64,000 nucleotides of DNA. It comes from an uncultured Opitutaceae bacterium (GTDB lineage Bacteria; Verrucomicrobiota; Verrucomicrobiia; Opitutales; Opitutaceae). The notes beneath the pieces are model-generated. The model saw only the letters and a list, made by a program, of their open reading frames with translations. It was not told the DNA's origin and did no database searches. Numbering within the stretch: the stretch's first letter is position 1; each line of letters begins with the position of its first letter. Shown piece by piece: positions 1-8,376 of this stretch. The translations under genes and the position numbers were made by a program. The DNA lies in contig CAJBES010000242.1 of assembly GCA_903952145.1 (NCBI GenBank), positions 1,516 through 65,515 of the forward strand. Reading direction: 5' to 3'.

Positions 1-909
1 GTATTGGTAGGCGAGCGTGTCGATGGCGACGTGCGGGTAGTCAGGTTCGATGGCCTCGGCGATCCGGTTCACGAATCGGATCAGGCTCCCGCTGAAATTG
101 CCCTCCTCGGCATCCACCGCCCGGCAGGCGACGCACTGGCAGGGGTTGTCCCAGTCGTTCTGCGAGACCGACACGATGCTCACCTCGCGATGGGCGGCGA
201 GCCAGGCGCGGATGCGCGCCAGTGTGAGTGCGAACACGTCGGGGTGGGCGAGGCACAGCTGGGTTTCATGGCGCAGGCGGACGCCGTTCACCTCCGAGAA
301 ATACTCCGGATGCGTGTCGTAGTACTGCTCGACCGGCACGAGCACGTTGAACGTGTGGACAAAGGGCAGGGCGTAGCGCACCCCGCCACCGTGTCTGGCT
401 TCAAAGGCGGGAAAGTGGCCGTTGCATTTGTTGCGTGCAGCCCAGTCGGGGTCGAGGGCTTCGAAGGCGTAGGGCTCGCGGTATTCGAAGGCCGGCCCCT
501 GCCGCTCGTCGATCGGGCCGGTCTCGATCCGTTCGCGCCGCGGAATATGACTCACCCCCGGCGCAAACCAGCGGCAACCCAGGTGCCGCTCCAGAAAATC
601 ATACACGCCATACAGCGTCCCCCGCCGCCCTTCGCCGGCGATCAGCAGGTGATCGGTTCCGGTCCGGATGATGAACCCCTCCGCCCCCGGTTCGTCGCGG
701 AGCCCTTCGGTATCGCGCGACCAACGCCCGCTGTCGCCGACCCAGATTTCCCGTGGCTGCCGCCTGGTATCGTCCGTGACGACCGACAACGCGGCCCCGC
801 CTATCTCCGCGAGATAGCGGCTCAGTTCGTCGGCCGCATGCCGCTCCGCATCGGAGGCGTGCCGGCCGGCGACAATCCGCCAATCGGACCTGCCCGCAGC
901 CGCCAGCAT
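1..909 (-). CDS. DUF4838-domain (glycoside-hydrolase-like) protein, N-terminal part only; the C-terminus lies beyond the left edge of the window
   Basis: Absent from the ORF track because it has no in-window stop. Hand translation of the minus strand from ATG (cat 907-909) is open to nt 1: MLAAAGRSDWRIVAGRHASDAERHAADELSRYLAEIGG...GFIIRTGTDHLLIAGEGRRGTLYGVYDFLERHLGCRWFAPG...SQNDWDNPCQCVACRAVDAEEGNFSGSLIRFVNRIAEAIEPDYPHVAIDTLAYQY. The upstream in-frame stop is at 1006-1008. Motifs match my recollection of DUF4838. The + ORF 4..1287 is its same-phase shadow. Confidence 0.75.
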   Translation of the reverse strand, partial: MLAAAGRSDWRIVAGRHASDAERHAADELSRYLAEIGGAALSVVTDDTRRQPREIWVGDSGRWSRDTEGLRDEPGAEGFIIRTGTDHLLIAGEGRRGTLYGVYDFLERHLGCRWFAPGVSHIPRRERIETGPIDERQGPAFEYREPYAFEALDPDWAARNKCNGHFPAFEARHGGGVRYALPFVHTFNVLVPVEQYYDTHPEYFSEVNGVRLRHETQLCLAHPDVFALTLARIRAWLAAHREVSIVSVSQNDWDNPCQCVACRAVDAEEGNFSGSLIRFVNRIAEAIEPDYPHVAIDTLAYQY

Positions 910-1182
910 AAGGGTGGCGGCCGGTCCCTGCCGAGTCGGCGCAGACGTATTGTGGTCGTGAGTCAAGGCGCTTTCGGGAAACAGGCGGGGGTGTACCGAC
1001 GCGAGTCAAATATGCTGCGGGCAATTTGGCCGCAGACCCTCGTTGGTGGAGAAATAAAGATTTCCAGCCCCAGCTTTTGGCCAATGGGTTTGCGCGATAA
1101 CTTTCCTGCCAAGAGTCAGCGACGTATGGCCCTATCGCCATACCTGACGCAGGGTCGCCGCTTGCGGCGGACCGGTTTGGGT

Positions 1183-1207
1183 CCGGCCTCATCGAGGCCG
1201 GCTACAA
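1183..1207 (-). repeat. REP-like element: TGTAG head plus GC hairpin (read on the minus strand)
   Basis: The plus strand reads ccggcctc-atc-gaggccgg followed by ctaca. The minus strand reads TGTAGCCGGCCTCGATGAGGCCGG, the same architecture as 46238-46261 (TGTAGCCGGGCTCGCTGAGCCCGG). Confidence 0.45.
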
Positions 1208-1946
1208 CCAAGCCGCTGAATTATTACCACGGATCTTCCTTCGCTGAAGCTACGGAGGACACGTCGGACCCGGATGGGCACGGATAAGTGCTGATTCAAA
1301 TCCATCCGTGTCATCAGTAATCTGCGGTTGGTTGCAAAAGGATTATCCCAAAATCATGTCGGCACACATTTCCGAAACAGGGCCAGACCCCCGGGACGTG
1401 CGGCTAAAGTATAAATGCCTGACAAGGACGTCGGCCTGCAGGCGATCCTGCAGAGGCGCTGCTGGTCTGCGCCCGATCCAAGGCCCGGGCAACATCCACT
1501 CCGGTCTTTACCACGGAAAAATGGGACCGCCGGTTCTTTCAGGCCGGTTGACCAATTCGGTGGCCAAGCCCTAGCTGCCAGCATTCATCACCTGGATCTC
1601 CCCGGAGGGAACGGGACTACTGTTTTGTGGCAGCGGAGGCATGTATTGGAATAGAATGCCTTGTTGAGTTTTTCCTGAAAGAACCGACGGACACCCGTTA
1701 CAACGTCACGCTGGCCCGGAAGCTTAACCCTAAATTTCACACCCGGTTAACCGCTGCTTTTCGCCCATGGGCGCGCATGGAGAAGGTAACCGGATCCCCT
1801 CGGAATTTATGATTCACCAATCTGGTGATCTGGTTTGGTGCCCCTGTTCTGTCCCAAAACCCTGCTTAGCGTTTATGAGCGTGGATTGCGGTTTCTCATC
1901 TGCGATGGCTGTCGCGTCGCCGCCTGCGGCGGACCGTTTGGCCCCT

Positions 1947-3338
1947 TCAGCTCTCCGGCACCGGCGCACCGGCGAACTCCGCCTGCACCCGCGTCCGGGC
2001 CGGGCTGAGACCCAGGCTGAGCCCCAAGGCCGCGACGAGCAGGGTCACCTCGAAGGCGAAGAGGCCGGTATAGGCGACCAGCGCACTGCCGGTCGCCAGG
2101 CGCAGGGTGTCCACGATCACGCCGCCCATCAGGCTGCCCGCGGCATGGCCCAGCATGTTGGCCATGCCCCAGACGCCCATCAGCAGCCCGGCGCGTTCCG
2201 GCGTGGTGAACTCCACGACACTCGAAAGCATGCCCGCCCCGGTCAGGCCGGCGCAAAAGCCCAGTCCCAGCACCAGCCAGCGGAAACTTTCCGGCGCCCC
2301 CGCCAAGCCGACGGCCGCCACCCCACTGAACACCACGATGCTCAGGCCGAGGCCGATGCGCATCAGCCGGAGCGCCCCCAGCCAGCGCAGGAGCAGCAGG
2401 CCGGAAAGCAGCATGGCGACGAGGACGCCCAGGCCCCAGAACATCGTCAGGCGCGTGGTCTGCCCGACGCTCATTCCCAGCACCAGGGCGCCGTAGGGCT
2501 CGAGCAACACATCCTGCGCCAGCGTGCCAGTGAAGGTGAAGATCACCACTACGAAGAGCCGGCGCACTTGGGGATCGGCGAAAACATAGTCCCGCAGCAC
2601 CTGCGCAAAGGGTTTTTCCCGCGCCCGCCCCGCCCGCTCCACCGCGACACCGCCCGTTTCCTGACCCGGCGCCGCAATGAATGTCAGCAGGACCACCACC
2701 AGCGCCACGCCGCCGGCGACGGTCAGCAGGCGGTTCGGATCGTAATGCTCCATCGCGCGCCCCAGCAGGCCGGCGCCCACCACGGCGCCCAGCAGCGTGG
2801 CCACCTCGTACAGCGTCATGGCCCGGGCCCGCCGCCCACCGGTGAACTTTTCCGCCACTAGCGCGTGGTAACTGTTGTGGGCGAGATTGCGGCCGACGCC
2901 ATAGAGGAGAAACGCGCCCGCGCCGGCGGCCGCGAAAACCGGCAGCGACGCGGCAAAGCGGCCGGTGACCCATGCAATGGCGTAAACGCCGCCGCCGATG
3001 AGCAGGGCGCCCAGCAGCATGTAGGGCTCGCGCCGCCGTCCGCCGATGGGATGGCCGTCCGAGCAATGCCCGAACCACAGCCTCAGCGGCGACAGCAGGA
3101 GCGGGATGGAAAACAGGAGCGCCACCAGGGTGGCCGGCAGACCGAATTCGGCGATCATCACGCGGTTGAGCGTGCCGCCGATGAGCACGCCGCCCAGGCC
3201 GTAGGCGACGGGAAAGGCCGCCAGCCGCAGGTGGTGCGCCATCGGCCCGATGAACTGTGCTCGTTGCATCCCGGATTGTAACCACCGCTGACCGCCCAAG
3301 ATCAATCCCGGCGAACAGGCCGGAAGCATCTTCGCCAC
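1947..3338 (-). CDS. BCD/PucC-family MFS transporter (LhaA/PucC-like)
   Basis: 463-aa ORF with about 12 hydrophobic segments. The N-terminal block LRLAAFPVAYGLGGVLIGGTLNRVMIAEFGLPATLVALLFSIPLLLSPLRLWFGHCSD matches the family signature GTLNRVM...P.R...G..SD. The true start may be an internal Met (3242 or about 3269). Confidence 0.8.
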   Translation of the reverse strand: MAKMLPACSPGLILGGQRWLQSGMQRAQFIGPMAHHLRLAAFPVAYGLGGVLIGGTLNRVMIAEFGLPATLVALLFSIPLLLSPLRLWFGHCSDGHPIGGRRREPYMLLGALLIGGGVYAIAWVTGRFAASLPVFAAAGAGAFLLYGVGRNLAHNSYHALVAEKFTGGRRARAMTLYEVATLLGAVVGAGLLGRAMEHYDPNRLLTVAGGVALVVVLLTFIAAPGQETGGVAVERAGRAREKPFAQVLRDYVFADPQVRRLFVVVIFTFTGTLAQDVLLEPYGALVLGMSVGQTTRLTMFWGLGVLVAMLLSGLLLLRWLGALRLMRIGLGLSIVVFSGVAAVGLAGAPESFRWLVLGLGFCAGLTGAGMLSSVVEFTTPERAGLLMGVWGMANMLGHAAGSLMGGVIVDTLRLATGSALVAYTGLFAFEVTLLVAALGLSLGLSPARTRVQAEFAGAPVPES

Positions 3339-3394
3339 GGCCGGTTCGCTTCATCGGTCCTGGTTCGAATCTGAAGCCTGGCTTCAGGCGCCGC

Positions 3395-3471
3395 TGGCGT
3401 CCCCACGGGGATTCGAACCCCGGTTCTCACCGTGAAAGGGTGGTGTCCTAACCGGGCTAGACGATGGGGAC
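3395..3471 (-). tRNA. tRNA-Glu (anticodon UUC), CCA encoded
   Basis: The minus strand reads GTCCCCATCGTCTAGCCCGGTTAGGACACCACCCTTTCACGGTGAGAACCGGGGTTCGAATCCCCGTGGGGACGCCA. It has a 7-bp acceptor stem, a CGGGG/CCCCG T-stem with a TTCGAAT loop, and a CTTTCAC anticodon loop. It is close to E. coli tRNA-Glu. Confidence 0.95.
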
Positions 3472-3677
3472 TAACCGCGGAACGTCGGAAGCTACGTCGC
3501 ACCCCGTCTCGCGCAAGGCAATTTTTCCCTCGGCACCGCCAGCCAAAACCGGATTTCTCACCGCCTCCGCACCGCCTGAAAACACCGTTTCAGCCGTGCG
3601 CAGGTCCGCCTCCGCCGGCGCCGGCACAACGGCTATTGCCCGTTGGCGTGAAATGAGTTGGGGTCGCCGTCCGCCCT

Positions 3678-6098
3678 ATGCCAACGCCGTCCCCGGCCCC
3701 CGTCCTGTCCTCCAACCTGGTTGTCCGCGCCGGCTTCGGTGCGGATGATCTCGCCCCCGGCAGCCGGCTTTGTCCGCTGCCGCCCAAGACCGACTTCACG
3801 GCCAGCTGGATCTGGGTGCCGGAGCAGAGCGGCTATGAGCGGCGCAACAGCTACGCTTGGTTCCGCCGGACCTTCACCGCGTCCGGCGACCTCACGCTGC
3901 ACATCGCGGCGGACAGCACCTACGAACTCCATCTCGACGGCGCCCTCGTCGACCGCGGCACCGCCCCGGCCGAGGTTTCCTACAAGACTTTCGACACCCA
4001 CCGGCTCACGGTCGGCCCCGGCCGGCATGTGCTCGCCATCCTCGTGCACCATCTTGGCCAGCAATGCGCCACGGCCATGCGTTCGCGGCCGGGTTTGCTG
4101 GTGGAAATGACGTCCGCCGGCAGCGACCCGGTGATCTCCGACGCCAGCTGGAAGGTCCTGCCCGCGGCCGCCTACCAGCAATGGCTGCCCTGCATGATGT
4201 CGCACTTCGGGTTCTACGAAGTCTGCGACCACGCCAAGGTCCCGGCGGGCTGGACCACCCTTGCATGCGACGATGCCGCCTGGTCCGCGGCGGAGGTCAT
4301 CGGCCCGGCAGGCTGCGCTCCCTGGTCGCGGCTGATTCCCCGCGACATCCCGGCCCTCGCCACCGCCATCATCGCCGTGGAGCGCATTACGTCCCGCGGC
4401 AGCTACCAGACCGGCCCGATCGCCGAAACGGAAAAGGAGATCACCGTGGCGGTCGAGATGGCCACACGTATCCGCCGACCGGATCCGGCGGTGGCGACCG
4501 CGTTGCCGCTGGCCTTGGCCCAAGGCGCCGCCAGCGAGTTTGCCGTGGTCGATTTCGGCCGGGTCGTGACCGGGCACGTCCAACTGGAATTCACCGGCGC
4601 GCAGGCCGGCCAGAAGGTGGACATCGGTTACGACGAGATTCTGGACGCCGACGGCCGGCCCAACCCGCGGCGCACCTACGTGCATGCCGCCGACCGCGCC
4701 TTTCTGCGCGCCGGCCAGGGTGAGCTGCAGATTCACGGCGGCCGGGGCTTCCGCTTCCTCCTGCTCGATGTCGCCGCGGGTCTGGGCGGCCTGACGCTCA
4801 CGCGCGTCGCGGTGGCGGAGCGCACCTATCCGGTCGCCCGCACCGGCACCTTCCGCAGCTCCGATCCCGAGCTTGCGCACCTGTACGAGGTCGGGCTCAC
4901 GACCACGCGCCTTTGCCAGCTGGACAGCTATGTGGACTGCCCGTCGCGCGAGCGGGTCATGTGGATGGACATGACGGTGGAGGCGCAATGCAGCGTCTAC
5001 GGCTTTGGCGAAACCGCGCTGTGGCGCCATTGCCTCTACCTGTTTGCGCAAAATCCCTGCCGGGAAGGCGCCACCGCCGGCGCGATCAAGGGCTTCGCCC
5101 CCTGCGACTACGATCCGATGCTCGTGAGCTACACGCTCTACTACCTGATCTCGGTCGCGGATTTTCACCACCACAGCGGCGACCGGCCGGCGGCCGAAGC
5201 GCTGTTCCCGACCGTGTTGAAACAACTGGAGGTGATCGCACGCTTCACGACCCCCGAGGGGTTGATCAACGAGAAATGGCCGGGCTGGGGCACCTTCCTC
5301 GACTGGTCGGCCATGGACATCGGCGGCGTCTCCTCATGCAACAACGCCATCTACATCCGCGCCCACCGCGAGACCGCCCGGCTCGCGCGCGCCCTGGGTA
5401 TGGTCGACGTGGCCCGGGAACTGGAGGCCAGGGCGGTGAGCCTCGCCGAGGCCTATCGCCGCGCTTTCTGGTCCGCCGACGAAGGGCTCTTTGTCGACTC
5501 GCTTTACGACGGGAAGCCCAGCGCCGTCCGCAGCCAGCTGGCCAACGTCATGGCGGTCTGGGCCGGCGTCGTGCAGGGGCCGGAGGCGCGCACCCTGCTG
5601 GCCAAAATCATGGACGAGTCGCGCCTGCTCCCGATGACCGGCTGCAACCACCGCCTGAAGCCCGGCTTCACCTGCCAGACCGGCGGCCTCGTGCGGATCG
5701 GCACGCCCGGCTCGGGCTTCCTGCTCGTGCAGGTGCTGTTCGAGCTCGGCCTCGCCCGCGAGGCCATCGCCTATCTCAAGGCCAACTGGCTGCCGATCAC
5801 GCGCGGCGGGACCTACGCCGAGCATTTCGCCAACGACTACGACATCAGCTACTGCCATGGCTGGGGCGCGGGCGCCGTGGTACAACTGCCGGCATATGTC
5901 CTCGGCATCCGCCCGGTGGCCCCCGGCTGGCGGGAGATCGAGATCCGGCCGCAATGCGCCGGACTCGACTGGGCCGAGGGCACCGTCCCCACGCCGCACG
6001 GCGACATCACGGTCGTCTGGCGCAAGGTCGGCGGCGAGCCCAAGCTGGAGTATCAGGTGCCACCCGGGATCAAGGTGGTGCAAGCTGCTTTCCGGTAG
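3678..6098 (+). CDS. alpha-L-rhamnosidase family protein (GH78-like)
   Basis: 806 aa. The N-terminal block SWIWVPEQ...YAWFRRTFTASGDLTLHIAADSTYELHLDGALV is typical of the bacterial rhamnosidase N domain. The six-hairpin domain motif DCPSRERVMWMDM (DCP.RER.GW) is present. Confidence 0.8.
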   Translation: MPTPSPAPVLSSNLVVRAGFGADDLAPGSRLCPLPPKTDFTASWIWVPEQSGYERRNSYAWFRRTFTASGDLTLHIAADSTYELHLDGALVDRGTAPAEVSYKTFDTHRLTVGPGRHVLAILVHHLGQQCATAMRSRPGLLVEMTSAGSDPVISDASWKVLPAAAYQQWLPCMMSHFGFYEVCDHAKVPAGWTTLACDDAAWSAAEVIGPAGCAPWSRLIPRDIPALATAIIAVERITSRGSYQTGPIAETEKEITVAVEMATRIRRPDPAVATALPLALAQGAASEFAVVDFGRVVTGHVQLEFTGAQAGQKVDIGYDEILDADGRPNPRRTYVHAADRAFLRAGQGELQIHGGRGFRFLLLDVAAGLGGLTLTRVAVAERTYPVARTGTFRSSDPELAHLYEVGLTTTRLCQLDSYVDCPSRERVMWMDMTVEAQCSVYGFGETALWRHCLYLFAQNPCREGATAGAIKGFAPCDYDPMLVSYTLYYLISVADFHHHSGDRPAAEALFPTVLKQLEVIARFTTPEGLINEKWPGWGTFLDWSAMDIGGVSSCNNAIYIRAHRETARLARALGMVDVARELEARAVSLAEAYRRAFWSADEGLFVDSLYDGKPSAVRSQLANVMAVWAGVVQGPEARTLLAKIMDESRLLPMTGCNHRLKPGFTCQTGGLVRIGTPGSGFLLVQVLFELGLAREAIAYLKANWLPITRGGTYAEHFANDYDISYCHGWGAGAVVQLPAYVLGIRPVAPGWREIEIRPQCAGLDWAEGTVPTPHGDITVVWRKVGGEPKLEYQVPPGIKVVQAAFR

Positions 6099-6171
6099 GC
6101 TGGCCGGCCGACATGCAACCGTGGTCAGAAAAAGCTTCTCCCCGCCGCCCCTTTGCGTGCAAATCCCACCC

Positions 6172-7083
6172 ATGAACTTCGCTGCCATCGCCACCGCCCT
6201 GCCCGTCGAAGCCCGCACCTCCTTCACCGGCCTGCCGTTGCCGCTCCTCGCCTCCGGCAAGGTCCGCGAGATTTTCGATCTCGGCGACGCCCTCCTCCTC
6301 GTCGCCAGCGACCGCCTCTCCGCCTTCGACGTGATTATGCCCGACGGCATTCCCGGCAAGGGCATCATCCTCACCCAGATGAGCCTGTGGTGGTTTGCGC
6401 AGACCCGGCACCTCATCCAGAACCACCTGCTGCCCGATCAGGCCGGCGAGTTTGCCCGCCGCGGCCTGCATGACCGCGACCTCCAGCTCCGCAGCATGAT
6501 CGTCCGGAAACTCAAGCCCCTCACGATCGAATGCGTCGCCCGCGGCTACCTCATCGGCAGCGGCTGGAGTTCCTACCAAAAGTCGGGCGAGGTCTGCGGC
6601 ATCCGGCTCCCCGCCGGCCTCCGCCAGGCGGACAAACTTCCGGCCCCCATCTTCACCCCGACCACCAAGGCGCCCAAGGGCCAGCACGACCTGCCCATCA
6701 ACGACGCCCAGGGGGCCGCCACCATCGGCCCCGCGCTCTATGCGCAGGTCAAAGCGCTCAGCCTCGCGCTCTACTCGTTCGGTCACGACCGCGCGAAACA
6801 GGCCGGCATGATCCTCGCCGACACGAAATTTGAATTCGGCACCGACGCGGCGGGCCAGCTCTTCCTCATCGACGAAGTACTCACGCCCGACTCCTCCCGC
6901 TACTGGCCGGCCGGCGAATACCGGGCGGATTGCTCGCCCCCGAGCTACGACAAACAATTCGTCCGCGACCACCTCCTCGCCCTCAAGTGGAACCAGTCGC
7001 CGCCCGCGCCGCGGCTGCCCGCCGACGTCATCACGCGCACCCAGGAGAAATACCTCGCCGCGCTGCGCAACCTGATCGGCTGA
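6172..7083 (+). CDS. purC: phosphoribosylaminoimidazole-succinocarboxamide (SAICAR) synthase
   Basis: Starts at ATG 6172: MNFAAIATALP...GKVREIFDLGDALLLVASDRLSAFDVIMPDGIPGKG...CVARGYLIGSGW...ILADTKFEFG...LIDEVLTPDSSRYW. These are canonical long-form PurC motifs. Confidence 0.95.
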   Translation: MNFAAIATALPVEARTSFTGLPLPLLASGKVREIFDLGDALLLVASDRLSAFDVIMPDGIPGKGIILTQMSLWWFAQTRHLIQNHLLPDQAGEFARRGLHDRDLQLRSMIVRKLKPLTIECVARGYLIGSGWSSYQKSGEVCGIRLPAGLRQADKLPAPIFTPTTKAPKGQHDLPINDAQGAATIGPALYAQVKALSLALYSFGHDRAKQAGMILADTKFEFGTDAAGQLFLIDEVLTPDSSRYWPAGEYRADCSPPSYDKQFVRDHLLALKWNQSPPAPRLPADVITRTQEKYLAALRNLIG

Positions 7084-7107
7084 GGCGCCCAACCTAGGAG
7101 CCACCGC

Positions 7108-8145
7108 ATGTTCCAGCGCGTCACCCTGCGGGATATCGCCAAGGATGCCGGGGTGCATTTCACCACGGTCGGCCTCGCCCTGCGCAACGACCCGCGCGTC
7201 ACTCCCGCCACCGCCGCCAGGGTGCAGGCCTCCGCCCGTAAACTCGGCTACGCCCACGACGCCATGCTCTCCGCGCTGTCGCTCTACCGGCACCGCAATT
7301 CCCAGCGCTTCGCCGGCGTCATCGCCTATGTGGTCACCTACAGCCCGGAGCAGCTCAAGGCCAACCTCACCGAACAAGTCGTGGTGGCGGCCACCGCGGC
7401 GCACGCGCTGACGCACAATTTCCGGCTCGAATCCTTCCAAATCGACGCGCCCGAGATGACCGCGGAACGCCTGAGCAAGCTCCTGCGTGCCCGCGGCATC
7501 CAGGGGATGATCCTCGCTCCGCGCCTCCCCACGCCCGGCCCGATGCCCAACCTTGAGTGGGAGTACTTCTCCCCGGTCGCCATGGGGTTCTCGATCACCA
7601 ACCTCACCGTCCACCGGGTCTGCCCCTACCATACCCACAACGTGCGGGTGTGTCTCCGCCAGATGCGGACGCATGGCTACCGCCGCATCGGCCTGATTCT
7701 GCCGCGGGAAATCTACGAGCGCAACCGCGGCCACGTGCTCGGGGCCTACGCGGCCGAGCAATACCTGCTGCCCGAAACCGAACGGGTGACCCCGCTGTTC
7801 GTGCCCAACGCGCAGATCACCAAAGCCACCGTCGGCCAGTGGCTGCGCGACCAGCAGCTCGACGGCGTGATCCTGAGTTCCATGCCGCTGGAGATCATGG
7901 GTTTCATCCGGGAGCTGGGCTATCGCGTGCCGGACCAATTGGGCGTGGCGTTGATCTGCCTGTACGGCCAGACTGAAAACTTCGCCGGCATCGACGAACA
8001 CGTGGATCAGCTCGGCGAGAGCGCGGTCGACGCCGTGATCGGCATGATCGGCCGCAACGAAAAGGGTCTGCCGGCCCATCCGCACTACACCCTCATTGAA
8101 GGCAGCTGGGTGGAACGCCCGACGGTGCGCGCGCTGCCCGTTTAG
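7108..8145 (+). CDS. LacI-family transcriptional regulator
   Basis: N-terminal HTH VTLRDIAKDAGVHFTTVGLALRNDPRVTPATAARVQASARKLGY followed by a periplasmic-binding-protein-like sugar-binding fold. Colinear paralog of 26755..27798. Confidence 0.9.
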   Translation: MFQRVTLRDIAKDAGVHFTTVGLALRNDPRVTPATAARVQASARKLGYAHDAMLSALSLYRHRNSQRFAGVIAYVVTYSPEQLKANLTEQVVVAATAAHALTHNFRLESFQIDAPEMTAERLSKLLRARGIQGMILAPRLPTPGPMPNLEWEYFSPVAMGFSITNLTVHRVCPYHTHNVRVCLRQMRTHGYRRIGLILPREIYERNRGHVLGAYAAEQYLLPETERVTPLFVPNAQITKATVGQWLRDQQLDGVILSSMPLEIMGFIRELGYRVPDQLGVALICLYGQTENFAGIDEHVDQLGESAVDAVIGMIGRNEKGLPAHPHYTLIEGSWVERPTVRALPV

Positions 8146-8376
8146 CTCGGCCGCGTTGCAGGCCCGGTGGGACCACCCCGTGAGACCTCGCCACCGTCGC
8201 CACGGCTATCGCACTGGCCCACAGCTTGCGGAGCGACTCCGGCCAGATTGCGCCCTGAGCCTGGCCGGTGAACGCCTGAACAGGCTGCGGCGCGCTGGCG
8301 GACGAGAAATGTCTGGCAGCGTCGCGCCAGGTGGGCGAAACTCCGGGGTCGTTTCGTTCATCATCGCCTCCCGCCC

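Noticed and set aside
4-1287. 427-aa plus-strand ORF at the left edge
   Set aside because: Arg/Gly/Pro/Val-rich composition with no family motifs. It is in the same codon phase as, and antisense to, a convincing minus-strand DUF4838 reading frame (1..909). This is a typical high-GC shadow ORF.
3355-3390. GGTTCGAATC string next to tRNA-Glu that looks like a second tRNA T-arm or an attachment-site repeat
   Set aside because: The flanks do not form a T-stem or an acceptor stem. The segment instead forms a CTGAAGCC/GGCTTCAG palindrome, possibly the tRNA terminator. No integrase and no direct repeat of the tRNA 3' end were found, so there is no evidence for an integrated island.
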